Source: Eledone cirrhosa
Lineage: Eukaryota
Length of the DNA: 64,000 bases
Direction of reading: 5' to 3'
Assembly (NCBI GenBank): GCA_964016885.1
Contig: OZ024740.1
Location: forward strand, 53,134,001-53,198,000
Shown here: positions 1 through 14,143 of the stretch, in pieces
How the letters are laid out: every line of letters begins with the position of its first letter
Numbering within the stretch: position 1 is the stretch's first letter
Translations under genes and position numbers: made by a program
Notes under the pieces: model-generated
Seen by the model: only the letters and a program-made list of their open reading frames with translations
Database searches by the model: none
Told to the model about the DNA's origin: nothing

Positions 1-514
1 GTGAAAGGGTGTGAGGCGTGTGGGGGTGGTGGTGGGTGGATGGAGTGGGGGGGGGGAGGAAACAGGGGTCCGAGCGGGAAGGGCGGTAAGGTGGTGTGTG
101 TGTGCATGTGTGTAGGTGTACGTGTGTGTATGTGTGGATGTGAGTGTGAGAGTTTGGGGAAGAACGAGATTCCACGCTCGGGTAATAGGAAAACCAGTGT
201 GTACATGGGGTGGGGTCTAAGTCGGTGTGTGTGTGCGTGTGGATGGAGAAGGGTCGGAGAGGGTGGGGGAGAGGGGGAGTGCGGAATCCGGAGGCAGAGT
301 AGATGTTTGTGAGGATACGCACGTGTGTGTGTGTTTTTTTTTGTGTGGTGTAGATACGTGGGAATGTATGGTTGCATGTGTGCGAAAATGGTGTAAGTGT
401 TTGTGTGTATGTGTTTGTGTGTCGGATGGTGAAAACATCGGATGTTATCGGGTAGAATCCAAACAGAGTGACCAGCGCTGTAGGATGTGTGAGTGTGTCT
501 GTGTGTGTGTGAGT

Positions 515-550
<36 letters not shown>

Positions 551-1369
551 TTACTATTTATTTATACATAAGTGTATGTATGCAAGTTTAAAATCACACA
601 TATATAACACATACATATATGCATACATATATACATACATACATGCATATGTATATATGATTATATAGATATAATTACTTTAAAAGATTTATGAAAGGAC
701 CTGCCTATGTGTAACAGCAGGCTCCTCAGTGGTTGACGATACCAATATAGGACCTAGAAACATTGTGGCAGCAGCTGTATGGGAAATTCTTTTCAGGCCA
801 TGATCTTGCTGTGCCACGTTCCTTTCTCAGACTTTTTTTATTCCCATCACCATCCTGCAAGCATTCTCGAAGAAGGAAACAGCTTGGTGGAAGTTGTGTT
901 ACTAGATCATACAATTAGGGAACACAACTGACAACTGGAGATGCTCATGCCCTTCTGTTACATTAGCCAGTGAAGGATTCACCACAGAGCGCAATCGTAG
1001 GCAAGTGATGATTCTCCATCAAGGAATCATCTGCCTGTACACTGTACACTGAAAATATTCATGGCGACTTAAAAGAAAACGAAGAAATCGGATGTTTCTA
1101 TCAAAGTAGAATAAAAGATAAATGGAATAAGAATGAAATATATTAAACCTTTGGCTCATTACTGTGACTAAGCAAGTGCAACGCGTATTTTACGTCGGCT
1201 ATTTGCTGTCTACAACGAATATTTTTGTCCAGCGCTCTGCCGGTCTTTCCAGCCATTTTTAGTAATTAATAAACCTGTACAGTATATTTCAATAATAGTA
1301 CATATTTATAACAGACACACGGTAAATAATTCCTTTATCGTCCCCAATATTTGTGTAGTATTTTATTTT

Positions 1370-1655
1370 ATCGATTCTGGAATTGAGAGATCACAGCTCC
1401 GATAATATGGGCATGTGGTGAGAATGTCTCAGGAAGAGTCGCTGGACAGATTTTACGAGCAAAAACAACCGGAAGGAGACACAGGGGTAGACCCCGAGCA
1501 AGATGGTTGGATAACATCCAAGAGCGTGGCTGGTCTCGCTTGGGGATCCAGCCGGATAGTTGGAGACGGTTGCTTCTGACAGGAACCGCTGGAAGGAGTG
1601 TTTGAGGACTCTGCTCTCGTGACCCTCCCAAGAATGAGTTGGCGAAGAAGTAAAA
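1370..1655 (+). mobile_element. RTE-clade LINE 3' fragment (degenerate)
   Basis: Translates across frameshifts to QLR*YGHVVRMS...GRRHRGRPRARWLDNI...ETVASDRNRWKECL, the typical RTE ORF C-terminus; a related copy lies on the minus strand at about 10975-11240. Confidence 0.75.
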
Positions 1656-1974
1656 TAAGAAGAATATCCTGGAATGATGAAATGCAAATAAAGCCTTATA
1701 GGGGTTTGATCTTAGATCGTAAACAACCTATAAAAATAACACAAAATGTCCTATCTAATGCTCTAACGATTACGCCAGTTCATGTCCTCTCAAAATTTAC
1801 TTATGTATCTGTTTCCAACCCTTTTAACCATTCCCAAGAAATGTATTATCAGAAGGTTTGTTTTGTGTTAATAACCAAAACCCGGTTATATCTATTTAAA
1901 TAATTTCTTCATTTATTTGTGAGATACCTCATCGTCTGTTAGAACGGATACTTCATTCATTCATATATATATAT

Positions 1975-2728
1975 ATTAGAAAGTGAGGTTTTTTTTACAA
2001 AAGGAAAAATAACCGAGGTGTCCTACACGAGTGAAAGTATAAAGAAAAAGAGATGAAATCGAAAATGCAACTGGAGTCTTATTTTTAAAAAAAATATATA
2101 TATTTATTTGGTTCCTTTACCGGTTTCGCAGTTCTTTTGCTTTTCAAAAGGTGAGTTGAGATGGAGGGTCTGTGGTTTTTCTCACATCTGGTTGGTCTCT
2201 GAATGTTACTTGTTTTATATGGAAAAAGTGGCTCGAAATGCCAGGTTTCTCGAGAAGTAATTTGATTGGTTTGTCAATAATTATAATAAATTTCCCGCCA
2301 GTTCGCGTTACAATAGTTCTTCAAATAAGAGGGGGGAGGGGCGGTTGTCACAGGTTTTTTTTTTCATATATGAGTGTTTGAATTTCTTTTTACTTGAAAA
2401 AAGGGGCTCACGAAGGCTTTTTTTTGGTTGGTTATAAATGAAATTATGGCTTTCACGTGAACAAGTTTTCATTAAATTTTCGTGCCCTTATTTGGAAATC
2501 CATTCTGTAGCCTTTTTAGAGAATTTTATGATAAGTGAAAGATAATGGTCAAGAGAAAGGGATGGGAGAATTGTTCTGGTTCAGTGAATATGGTTAGTTC
2601 GCTGGGGTGTCAGAATTCAGATTTTCTATTGAATAAAGAAAGTAAAGATATGTATGTTTATTTGTGTGCTTGTGTGTGTGTGCGTGTGTGTGTTGTGTGT
2701 GTTGTGTGTGTGTGTTTGAATTTCTTTA

Positions 2729-2730
<2 letters not shown>
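1975..2730 (-). mobile_element. Solo pseudo-LTR (3' end) of the Penelope-like family at 52840-57930
   Basis: Near-identical to 25338-26125, 52840-53700 and the reverse complement of 56945-57930; flanked by (TA)n on both sides; contains an HHR. Confidence 0.85.
2114..2151 (-). ncRNA. Minimal type I hammerhead ribozyme, U3-A8 variant (family A)
   Basis: Minus strand reads cctt-TTGAAAA-gca aaagaac tgc-GAAA-ccgg-TA-aagg: stem I, core, stem II, palindromic stem III, GUA site. Confidence 0.7.
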
Positions 2731-2773
<43 letters not shown>

Positions 2774-2864
2774 AAAGGAATTGTGGTAAGGAACCAGATG
2801 GACCATAACGCACCAGAGTACTCAATACTTAGGGTAGTAGAGTGGGAAATAGCAAAAATTGTGA

Positions 2865-2959
2865 CCCCGACGGCAGAGCTCAAACCGTTTCGACGGCTAT
2901 TTCTGGACTAAATTAGAATTTTTAGCCTGGTCAATAAATAGCCGAACTTGTCAAGGGGG
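2865..2959 (-). ncRNA. Type I hammerhead ribozyme, U3-A8 variant (family B), extended stem II
   Basis: Minus strand reads cccc-TTGACAA-g tt cggctattt...aaatagccg t c-GAAA-cgg tttgagctctg ccg-TC-gggg. Confidence 0.75.
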
Positions 2960-3094
2960 TAACTTCCTTATATGGGAAGATTGTAGTTGTCAAGAGGATT
3001 GGTTAAAATTTGTTGTAAACACAAATAAGTCTATCATGGCATTTGGTGGGAGGTAGGGGTGGCTGGACTTGCCTATTTTAATAAATATATATAT

Positions 3095-3291
3095 ATATTT
3101 ATTAAAATAACAGATTTAAGTTTAAGCAAAGAATCGCTGCTTTCACGCTTAACGGGATCTTTAAGGGTGAAAGCAGCGATTCTTTGCTTAAACTTTAATC
3201 TGTTATTTTAATAAATATTTGCTCTAGGATTCTTATATATTTGATATATATATTTATCCTTATCGAGCCCTCTTTGGATTTTAGTCTTCAA

Positions 3292-3293
<2 letters not shown>
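3095..3293. repeat. Hairpin-plus-tail insertion in (TA)n (Penelope-type inverted end)
   Basis: Arms at about 3095-3152 and 3161-3218 are reverse complements, followed by a tail of about 75 nt and then (TA)n. Confidence 0.7.
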
Positions 3294-3361
<68 letters not shown>

Positions 3362-3384
3362 ATATCTATATATATCTATATATA

Positions 3385-3436
<52 letters not shown>

Positions 3437-3598
3437 ACTCGGAAAGTAGTTGGGAGTACGCGAAAAGGAGTAAGAAGACCGTTCAGTTGCTTCAACGACG
3501 CAAAAACCGTTCCTGTGTTGGTGATATATGTGGTAAATACACCCAGTATACGTTGTAAAGAATATATGTGCGTGTATCTCCCTCCCCCTCTCTCTCTG

Positions 3599-3638
<40 letters not shown>

Positions 3639-3642
<4 letters not shown>

Positions 3643-3903
3643 ATAATAAACAATACAATATAATTACCTCATTACCAGACGTTTCCCGAATAAGACGAAT
3701 ACAAGAAACGTCCTCATTCGTTCGTCAGACAAGGCAAGACGAACGAATGAGGACGTTTCTTGTATTAGTCTTATTTGGGAAACTTCTGGTAATGAAGTAA
3801 TTATATTGTATTGTTTATTATACATTAAATTTAGCTCTGTAACTTACATAGAGCACTCTTCACTCCTATGACTTTTTCAATTTTCAACGGAAACTTCAAT
3901 ACT
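3639..3903. repeat. Hairpin-plus-tail insertion with HHR remnant (CTGACGA...GAAA...TA on minus strand 3669-3728)
   Basis: Arms at about 3639-3727 and 3738-3826 are inverted; tail runs to 3903; (TA)n on both sides. Confidence 0.7.
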
Positions 3904-3905
3904 TA

Positions 3906-3938
<33 letters not shown>

Positions 3939-3944
3939 GTGAAA

Positions 3945-4050
3945 AATTCAGGACCCCGACGGCTGAGCTCCGGCCGTTTCAACAGCTAGATCCGAAATAA
4001 AGCGCCGGTATTCGGGCGGCGGGAATCTAGCTCGTCTCCTGGGGTGGGGT
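3945..4050 (-). repeat. Family B-related HHR remnant (core decayed)
   Basis: Minus strand has cccc...agctagat...atctagct gttGAAA cggccggagctcagccg TC gggg; no intact CUGANGA or UUGANAA. Confidence 0.5.
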
Positions 4051-5829
4051 GGGGTGTTAAGTCCATATATGGGCATATATCTATTTATTGTTATATTCCC
4101 AACATATATACACAACAATATCATAATTTTCATGAATCCCATAGTTATTACTCCTTTGGGATCTCTATTGAAATTACATAATATACATTGCATTGCATTT
4201 ATTTCCAAACACAAATTACTTTATTTTGCTGTGAACAAATATTCAAACTTTTCTAAACGATAGATGAAATTTCAAATGCATTTTATTTCTAAATATATTT
4301 TACAAGTCATATCGTTAGCTGTGTTCAAAATGAAGCTCGACCACTTTTCCTTTCTCTCAAATGTTAAATAAATGAAATTTAAAGTATGGAATAGATTCTA
4401 TCGGCCAGAAGGAATCAATGTTTTAAATAGGAACTTCTTGAGTGCTATAAAACAATATTTAAGTAATCGGAAAACCGAAACCAGCAAGGGATTTCAGTTC
4501 CTGGTAGTGAAGATTCATAATTTATCTCACCCCGAAAAATGACCGTTACAACAGGCAAAAACCATAATACTTCTCAATTTCCTACCTAGATATGTCGAGT
4601 GCTTTCTAGAATTTAGCTATCTTATAAGCCAGATAATATGATTAAAAACTAACACAAAGAATTAGAGTAGAAAATCATGTAAAGGGATAGTAGCGTTACT
4701 ATCGACTCTCTTTAATTCGAAGAGTTCAAATCCTGTAAATATCAACTTTGTATTTTGTCTCTTCGGGGACGATGAAAATACCAGTAATTGACTAACAAAC
4801 TTTACACTTGAATTTAAACAAAATCAATAACAAATTACCATTTATCGCAGAGGATATTTGATGAAACAAACATTTCAAAGAATATATTGTTTTATTTTTA
4901 TTTTGGTTTTATCTATTTTTCTGCACTAAATACTTAGTCAAAAGAAATTTCAAACGAAAACCTATAAATCTAAGGGCATTTTATTGAGATGCTAATTGAA
5001 ATAGGTAACAGTCAATGACTTTGAATCAAACAGATGTATCTAAGCATATGCTCCTCCGTATAAAAAGTTTCAAATCTTCAAAATTTTCGACTATAAAAAT
5101 ATAAATGAAAGTTAATGAAAAATATTTAAGACAAACATAAATTCATATTCATGTAAGAAAATCATATTTTCACATTAAAAATATATTAAAGAAAAAAAAA
5201 ATAAGCAAAAGGAAAATATACAATAATTAGTATATGCAATAATATTAATAAAAATAAAATTTAAACAATAAGAAAAACGAAACTGGTATAATTATATCAA
5301 AACATGTTCAACAATGCTTCAGGACGTTTCTTTAAGGGATCTGATCATAAAATGGTGAGAATTTTTCCATTAAAATTCAAGTGATACACGTTTGTATTTT
5401 GAATTTTTAATGAAGAAAATTTCAATATTTCTGGAGTTCTCGACAATCATTCCCACACTTTTGTATTTTTTTAAATTATTAAAAAAAAAAATCAGAAATA
5501 TTACAGTTTTGATGATTTAACATATTTGGAATTTCAAAATTATCTTACTCACCCCCAAACGTCAATTTCTCTAGCATCGTAATGATAGCCACAGCAAGAT
5601 AGCCACGTTACATTTAGCAGGAACGCAGCGCCTACCCTCAGGTATTATTTGCAAAATAATATTAACCATTACCGTTACTACTACTACTACTACTACTACT
5701 ACAAGACGACGTCAAACCAAAAAGTGAACTTTTAATATGGTATTTAAAGAAGTATTGTTCCGACACCAGGCTGTTCCGAGAAGAAAGATTTAAAGTTCCT
5801 CGTTCATGAATCTCTGGACACCATTGATG

Positions 5830-6285
5830 CACTCTTTACGGTCTGAGTTTAACTCCCACAGAGGTTAGCTTTCCCTTTCATCCTTACTTTGGCGATAAAA
5901 TAAAGTACCAATCACGCACTGGGGTTGACGTAATCGATTTTTCCTCTTCCCCCAAATTGTTGGCCATGTGCCTAAATCAGAAGTCATGCCGAGGTTGACT
6001 TTGCCTTTCATCCTTACGGGGTCGATAAAATAAAGTACCAGTAATGCACTGGGTAATTGCTGGCCTTGTGCCTAAAGTAGAAACAATTATTTTTTCATCA
6101 CTAGAAGGCGGTTTATCAACCCTTTATCAAATTCCACCTTGGCTAACTTTAACTTTTATTGTTTCAGGAATGATAAAATAAAGTACCAATCAAGTACTTA
6201 GGTTGATTTAATTTGCACCTACCAAAGAAAAAAAAAAAAAAAAAAAATTTCTGGTCTTGTGTTTAAAGTAGAAATCATTACTTTT
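5830..6285 (+). mobile_element. Cluster of three tRNA-derived SINE fragments (Nin/Deu-domain-like body)
   Basis: Repeated gcctttcatccttacggggtcgataaaataaagtaccag...gtagaaacaattat motif. Confidence 0.75.
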
Positions 6286-7287
6286 TATCGTAGGTTGTAT
6301 ATGTTAATTTTCAAGAACATTTTAATATGAAAGTGAAATATTCTGAATCACGAATTTGTTTTTTCCTTGGTGTCATTAAGATGTTGATGTACCTTTGCAA
6401 TTTTGCAAATGTTATACCAATTTATCGTTAGTTTTAGAAGTCTAATAGCGCACTGTTAAATCATTGCAGAAATTGGGCTTCAGTATTGTACACCATTACT
6501 TCTTTGTATAGATTTGTCTTTCTACGTTCTTTTAGGAAGTATCCCGTTAGAATACTCACTACAAATCTGTGATGATGCAACTACCACAAATAAAAGTATA
6601 CTCAAACCCATTCCCGATTGATAGAATTGACCCTTCAACACACATAATCGCTATATCCCTGACGTCGTTTCTAACCCAACTATAATATATTTTCAAAATT
6701 CTCCTCACTTATTCATGGCTTAGTCAGATGAAAAATGACAGCCTTCATGCACATTATTCAGATTTTAGAAACTGGTAGTAAGAAAGGAGGAAGAAATGAA
6801 ATTATCCAGAACCAAATTCGTACAACTGTGCTAAAGAAACACAAGGGCCAGATTACATTTATCCACCTGACGGATATCCACATAATGTTTGTATTGCCAT
6901 ATTTCACTTACAAATCTTTCGTGGATTTGATTTAGAAGCATTCATCCCAAATCAGTAATATTGCGATAAGAACATCTGAATTATACAACCAGACTTTCAT
7001 CCAAATCTTTTCAACCGATTCACTTTTCTTCACCCTATTAAATCAAAGGTATTTCCTCAACCAAATCCCATTCTAAACCAACTTTAATCATCAATTACCC
7101 AACTTTCCTTCCTTAATATCTCTTAATCTCATGTTGTCTCCAAATCACTAAAACAAAATTTCAACCTGAAGGCATTCAAACAGGATGTCGCCAACCTCAT
7201 CGTAATATGACAGTTTGACTATTCTAAATGCTATGGTATTTTAAATCACATATTCTAATATACACACACACATGGACTGGACATACA

Positions 7288-7474
<187 letters not shown>

Positions 7475-7644
7475 GCACATATATATATATGAGAAATGTA
7501 AATCTGAGCCTTTCGAATATTAATAATAATACTCGATTCGTTTGCAATTATGCAGCCTCTTTAAGCCATGTGAGTAGGATGACCCCGCCAGGTTTTTTCT
7601 TGTGTTGGATGTCATACTAATAATGTAGTATACTGTTAAAGCCA

Positions 7645-7745
7645 ATAATTGTTTCTACTTTAGGCACAAGGCCAGCAATTACCCAGTGCATTACTGGTAC
7701 TTTATTTTATCGACCTCGTAAGGATGAAAGGCAAAGTCAACCTCA
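7645..7745 (-). mobile_element. 5'-truncated SINE with 12-bp target-site duplication (aaagccaataat)
   Basis: Reverse complement of the SINE body; TSD visible on both sides; it interrupts a GIY-YIG coding remnant. Confidence 0.8.
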
Positions 7746-8706
7746 AAGCCAATAATGACACTAAATCGCACATTGGAGCTACTGCTAACTCTTTCAAGAC
7801 TTGTTTTAATTCTCATAGAAATTCATTTAAGAATAGTAATTTAACAATTTCTACTTCTTTAGCCAGACATATAAATGCGCTAAAACTCTTAAATATTGAA
7901 TACTCTTTAGTCTGGGATATCTTAGCTAAATTCACTCCTTACAAAGGTTGTAAATGTCATTGTGATCTCTGTTTCTTATGTCTAAACCCAGCCCAATGAA
8001 TGATCGCAACGAGATTGTAATTAATTGTCATCATCGTTTAGCATACTCGTTCGCTAACAGGGTTTTTGATCCCACTTAGATTCCATTAGTTAAATTGACT
8101 ATTTTACTTACCCTTTTTTAACTATTCCTTTTTAACCCTACACTCAACTTATCTAACCTTCACTTTTTAACTACCTCAAATTTTCTTCCTAATTGATTTA
8201 TATCATATTTTTTTCTTTTTTAATATTTTAACCCATGTTATATTAATATTATTTTTTTTTTACTTCCACTTATGATATTATTTTAATTTATGACTATGAT
8301 CCGTTATCCCTTATAGTTCTTTTACTCACTCATATTTACAATTATTTATAATACACTTCCTATAGCATCCCCCTATATAATTTCTTTTTTAGTGTTAACA
8401 ATTACCACTTTGGCCTTTCTCCAGTTTTTATACACTCCCTGACTATATTCTTTATATACCCCTTATTTTAAATAATTAATTTTGATTGTATGTATAATTT
8501 TCTTCTTATCATCTATTATATTTTTTCTACTTTTTTATCTCCCTTTCTTCACAGTTATGCTCGTTGTTATAACTACTTCCGGGTTCATGTTTTCTCCATT
8601 TTTTTAAATGGTTAAATCTCTAATATGTGGACAGGTATTCTTCAAGTTTTACATTTATTCTCAGTGAAATGTACTTTTGAATTTTTATGTTTATTTATTC
8701 TTTTCA

Positions 8707-8830
8707 GCTCCGATAAGGAGACCATATCAAACTTTTCTTTTTGATATCACTTACTATTATCGATTTTATAATCGATAATTATCATCTGTACATGAAGAAT
8801 ATTGATATGGTTTCTGAAACAATTGCCAGC
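8707..8830 (+). ncRNA. Decayed type I hammerhead (core CCGATAA)
   Basis: gct-CCGATAA-ggagaccatatcaa...ttgatatggtttct-GAAA-caattg-CC-agc; stems intact, core and cleavage triplet mutated. Confidence 0.45.
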
Positions 8831-8877
8831 CATTAAACATATTTGTTCAAGAATTTGGTATGGTTTCCTCTAACATT

Positions 8878-8937
<60 letters not shown>

Positions 8938-8970
8938 ATATATATGTATATATATATATATATATATATA

Positions 8971-9199
8971 GGAAGAGAGTCAGGACCCCGACGGCTGGGC
9001 TCCGGCCGTTTCGGCAATTTGATTCGAACTATGCCAGTAGTATTATAATGCTGGCTTAGTTCGGATCTAGCTGTCGAAACAGCCGGAGCTCAGCCGTCGG
9101 GGTCCTGACTCTTTTTCCTATTACCCACTTTACTACCCTAAGTATCGAGTACTCTGGTGCGTTATGGTCTACCTGCTTTCTTACCACACTTTCTTTCTT
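8971..9199. repeat. Hairpin-plus-tail insertion of HHR family B ends
   Basis: Inverted arms at about 8971-9040 and 9055-9120 each carry the HHR 3' half (GAAA-stem III-TC-gggg); tail 9121-9199 is homologous to the reverse complement of 2770-2860. Confidence 0.75.
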
Positions 9200-9203
9200 T
9201 ATA

Positions 9204-9325
<122 letters not shown>

Positions 9326-9556
9326 GAAACACACAGATACATGCGGACACACACATATATACATGAATGCATCCGCACCCAACTGTGAGTTAAGGGTGCC
9401 AACTTCACCGATGTTGCTCAATGAATGACCGGGACAGACCAATTCAGTTTGAACCAGACTGAACCAGTATCAGAGTTAAAAATACATTATGAAGAGAGAA
9501 GAAACATTTAGATATAATTAGTAATAAAATGTATCATACCTAAACTGTTCCTAAAT

Positions 9557-9638
9557 TCCTCGACTACGTAGTTTCGTGGCATAAACAAAAACAATATATC
9601 AAAGAGTCCTTGCGAGGTCTGCCGACTTATCAAGAGGA
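9557..9638 (-). ncRNA. Type I hammerhead, U3-A8 variant (family C, copy 1)
   Basis: Minus strand reads tcctc-TTGATAA-gt(c)ggca...tgccac-GAAA-ctacgtag-TC-gagga. Confidence 0.8.
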
Positions 9639-10141
9639 TACCTCATTTTACTAGTCTCAAGAACGCGTCTACACGACGTGAGAAAGAATCCCAAAAGGCG
9701 GAGGGGGAGATAGTCACGCGATATAACGGTCGAGAAACAGAGCTAAGCCTCTTATAACCACGAAGAAAATACCACGGAGGCGGAGGGGGTATTCATATCG
9801 AGGCCGTAGAAGAGGTAGTGAAGAAGGCGAGAAGTATGAGTAATGGAAGCTTTCCAGTTGTCCCCACACTTCAAAGATTGCTCGACCAGAGGGAGTTATT
9901 AATATATTTAGAAACACACAGATACATGCGGACACACACATATATACATGAATGCATCCGCACCCAACTGTGAGTTAAGGGTGCCAACTTCACCGATGTT
10001 GCTCAATGAATGACCGGGACAGACCAATTCAGTTTGAACCAGACTGAACCAGTATCAGAGTTAAAAATACATTATGAAGAGAGAAGAAACATTTAGATAT
10101 AATTAGTAATAAAATGTATCATACCTAAACTGTTCCTAAAT

Positions 10142-10229
10142 TCCTCGACTACGTAGTTTCGTGGCATAAACAAAAACAATATATCAAAGATATAGAGTCC
10201 TTGCGAGGTCTGCCGACTTATCAAGAGGA
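10142..10229 (-). ncRNA. Type I hammerhead, U3-A8 variant (family C, copy 2)
   Basis: Same as copy 1, with a 6-nt insertion confined to loop II. Confidence 0.8.
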
Positions 10230-10348
10230 TACCTCATTTTACTAGTCTCAAGAACGCGTCTACACGACGTGAGAAAGAATCCCAAAAGGCGGAGGGGGAG
10301 ATAGTCACGCGATATAACGGTCGAGAAACAGAGCTAAGCCTCATATAT

Positions 10349-10399
<51 letters not shown>

Positions 10400-10974
10400 C
10401 ATACATTCATGCATACATACATGCGTGCATACATACATACAAACAAAATACTATCAAGTGTCTGAAAAAGGCTCAATGCATATATAAATATATGCAATGG
10501 ACAGCGAATAAGATACATGAAAAAATTAGAAATAAGAAAGTTAAATCCATTTAAAAGTATGTAAACAATCTTTATACCAATACGTATAAACCAATATGTA
10601 TAAACTTTAGTCCCTGTGTAATTAACGAGGCTCATAATAGTTTTGCTTTCAATTAAGTCTATAATAAGAGTGGCTTAATTTTTCTTAGTAAAAAGCGTCA
10701 TTGTGATATCATCTACTTCGCTTCCTCAATCACTAAACTCTCCTCTATGTCTGAAGGTAATTATTGATCATTCAATATTCTATTGATTAAATTATGTGGA
10801 TAATTAATCTCAGATATAAATAAAGTGCATAATCATGAAAGTAATATTTAAGATATTATATACAATTAGAAAAATCCTATCAATGAAAATCAATACATAC
10901 TGAAGCAAATATCTAAATACGTAACAAATAGATGCACAGCATTTCATAAGGTCCTCAATACATGCAAAAAGCAT

Positions 10975-11240
10975 CTGCTTCTTCGCCCATTTATTTCTGA
11001 GAGGATCGCGGAGCAGAGTCCTCAAACACTCCTTCCAACTGGTCATGTCAGAAGCAACTGTCTCCAACCGATCTAGCTGGTTCCCCAAGCGAGACTAGCC
11101 AAGCTTATAGATGTTATACAAACATCTTGCTCGGGGTCTACGACTGGGTATCCTACCGGTTGGTTTTGTCCTCAAAATCTGTCCAGCGATTTTTCCTGAG
11201 AAATTCTATCCCATAGAATCTGTGATCTTTAAATTCGGAG
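10975..11240 (-). mobile_element. RTE-clade LINE 3' fragment
   Basis: Homologous to 1370-1655; LDRLETVASDMTSWKECLRTLL. Confidence 0.7.
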
Positions 11241-12142
11241 AAATAGTGGCTCTACCTAGAGTGGCACTCTGATCTTCGAGCTACTCACTCTATCGAGTAA
11301 CGTTATTCCAAAGACCCTTCGGAGGAACATCATTTGGGCCGCTTGTATTCGCGATCGTATACGCCAAATACATAAATGTAGAAAGATTTGAATTACGAAA
11401 AAGACAGAAAAGAACGAGGTTGGTCGCCAGATCTGAGCAGGGGAATTATGTTTGCATTTAATCTTTTCATTAATGCATTACTAGAGATGGGAAGCAGGAT
11501 TTGAACGCACAGCACAGGAAGAGATACTGCAGTATATTCCGTCTGATATTTTAACAATCCATTAATCCACCTCCCCTGGACTGGTACCTTATTTATCGAC
11601 CTCGAATTGATGAAAGGTAAAATTGACCTCTTCAGGATATCATCGATAAGCGCAAAGAGTCGGAATAAATACTGAGGCATTGAATTCGACGCGTGTAGAA
11701 ATGCTTTTCCAGCATGTATAATTAATGAAGCGACGGATAACGAGCTCATAGCCCTGTCTTCAAAACTATCAATAGGGTGAATGGTAATCTCACAGTTTCT
11801 ATGTGTGTCCATTAATCCTGACGCGGAAAGTACTGCAGATAATCGTGCGCTAAGCATACAAAGCGTCATAGTTCTTTTGTCACTTATTCTGTGAACTCCT
11901 CAATGACTATTTGTTCTCTTCTGCGCCTCCTCTTCTTTCTGGTCTTAATCTGTCACTCAATCTTGTCTTTTTTGTAGTATTTTATTTCGTGATTTGTGTT
12001 TGCACATACGTTTGCGCCTGCTCTTTCGCCACTGAGTGTGTCTTTGTGTTTTGTCATGTCTATGTGTGTGTTATGTGTGTGTGTGTGAGTGTGGGGGGGG
12101 GGGGTATCTTTCACTGTTTGTGTTTTTTTCTCCTATTATATT

Positions 12143-12330
12143 GGCGGTGGATTGGCAGTATCGGTAGCGGGTCGGACGCCATGCTTTCCACCATAGTTAC
12201 GTCCATTTACGATCTGAGTTCAAATCCTGCCGAGGTTGACTTTGCCTTTCATCCTTACGGGGTCGATAAAAAAAGTACCAGTAATGCACTGGGTATTTGC
12301 TGGTCTTATGCCTAAAGTAGAAACAATTAT
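12143..12330 (+). mobile_element. Full-length tRNA-derived SINE (about 185 bp)
   Basis: GGCGGTGGATTGGCAG head, B-box-like GAGTTCAAATCC, conserved body, agaaacaattat tail. Confidence 0.85.
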
Positions 12331-12638
12331 ATCTTCAGTTGCTAGGTTGCGGGCTGTTACTATTCCATTCGTGCTTTCTGTTCAGGCTAGGTCGATCTTC
12401 TATTATATGTGTCGCCTCCGTAATTATTCTGAGCGTTGCGACGGCTCTGTATGTAGATAGGATCATTATTTCTCTGTTACCTATTAGTCCCCTGTGTTCC
12501 AGTTTGGCGTGTTGGTATAACACTGATTAGATTTTCACTTGAAAGATAAAGTGAAACTGAAAATCCTATGGTACACGTGTTTTTATTGGCAATGATGGCA
12601 ACATGACCATCTCCACACACACACACACACAGACACAC

Positions 12639-12715
<77 letters not shown>

Positions 12716-12786
12716 AGGAAAATGATAATAAAAAAAGGGTTCGAAAAGCGTACCTGGTATAACAAAGGATCTTTATAACACACACA

Positions 12787-12866
<80 letters not shown>

Positions 12867-12932
12867 TTGTGTATGTACATATATATATATTTCTGTGCAT
12901 GTTATATATATCATTGTTATATGTATACCCCC

Positions 12933-13029
<97 letters not shown>

Positions 13030-14033
13030 ATGCATGTAGCTGTATGTACACATATAGAAGGAACTCTTAATGACATATACCACCTAAATTCCATTTCGCT
13101 GTCCACAAGACAATTTCTATAAACAGAAAATGGAGTAGCCATTGATTCAAACAGATTAGCACACTAAGTTACATATGAATATATGCCAACATCAACAGCA
13201 ACAAATGCTTCAACGTTACAACTATTAAGATTGCACAAATCACACATGAAGTTTGCTATATTAATTAAATACATACAGACTATAGTACAAGCATACATAA
13301 TTAAAATGCTCATAAAACGCAACACATAATGAGTGAGACTTCTATAAGTTAACATAAATAATGATTTCTAGAACATACAAAAAAAAAAAAGACTAAAATA
13401 AAATACTGCCTTATCATGAACAAACGACAATAATGTACATTCTAGAATAAAGTATACATAATCAATATGATTTATATATTTGATTGTAAGAATGAAATGT
13501 AAAAATTTCAGGTCTCTGATTGTTAGATTGGCCATGTAAATACAACAAACTATCCTAGATTCATCATGCTTTTACAAGAAGCAATTGCAATACACTACAA
13601 AACAAATTTGACAAGGAAAATGCTAGTGAACAATACATTCATTTTGTACAGAATTCTCAACAGAATTAGGCGATTAATTATACCACGATATTAAGTTAAA
13701 ATAAATACGGAAACAACATACACACATCATAAACAAAATAAACACGTAATTAATGACCCATGAATCTAGTAAACTTCAACGCAGTAAACTTCAAATTGAA
13801 AATTCTGGCAATAAAGTCAACACAAATTCTGGCGAAAAAGTTTACACGAATTTGATTTGCCTTCTATAAATTAGGTAGAACAAAAGTTAACACTTCTCAT
13901 TCTGATCATGAATTATGGATTTAGAAATGTTGTTACAAATGAGTTACAAAGGACTCATAAAGTAATATGAAAAATAAACTTACAAAATAGTTAAAACAAG
14001 AAGATAATCGTATTTTATATTCTATTTCTCCCT

Positions 14034-14101
<68 letters not shown>

Positions 14102-14143
14102 AGATAAAACAAAGAGCGCTTATAACATCGATCAATTTTTATT

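Larger units (their letters stand above)
7600..8880 (+). mobile_element. Degenerate Penelope-like element 3' part: GIY-YIG endonuclease remnant, long T-rich 3' UTR, decayed HHR
   Basis: KSHIGATANSFKTCFNSHRNSFK...TSLARHI...YSLVWDIL...PYKGCKCHCDLC, then NDRNEIVINCHHR in another frame; HHR-like fold at 8707-8830. Confidence 0.7.

Noticed and set aside
2545-2808. Recurrent ORF MVKRKGWENCSGSVNMVSSLG... (also 25911, 53469, 56906)
   Set aside because: Antisense reading of the repeated Penelope pLTR; the recurrence reflects repeat copy number, not coding selection.
12518-12582. Possible hammerhead (CTGATTA...GAAA)
   Set aside because: Core mismatch and no clean stem III-UH-stem I closure.
13896-13945. 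Possible hammerhead (CTGATCA...GAAA)
   Set aside because: Core and cleavage triplet are non-conforming and not supported by the inverted copy at 16065-16205.
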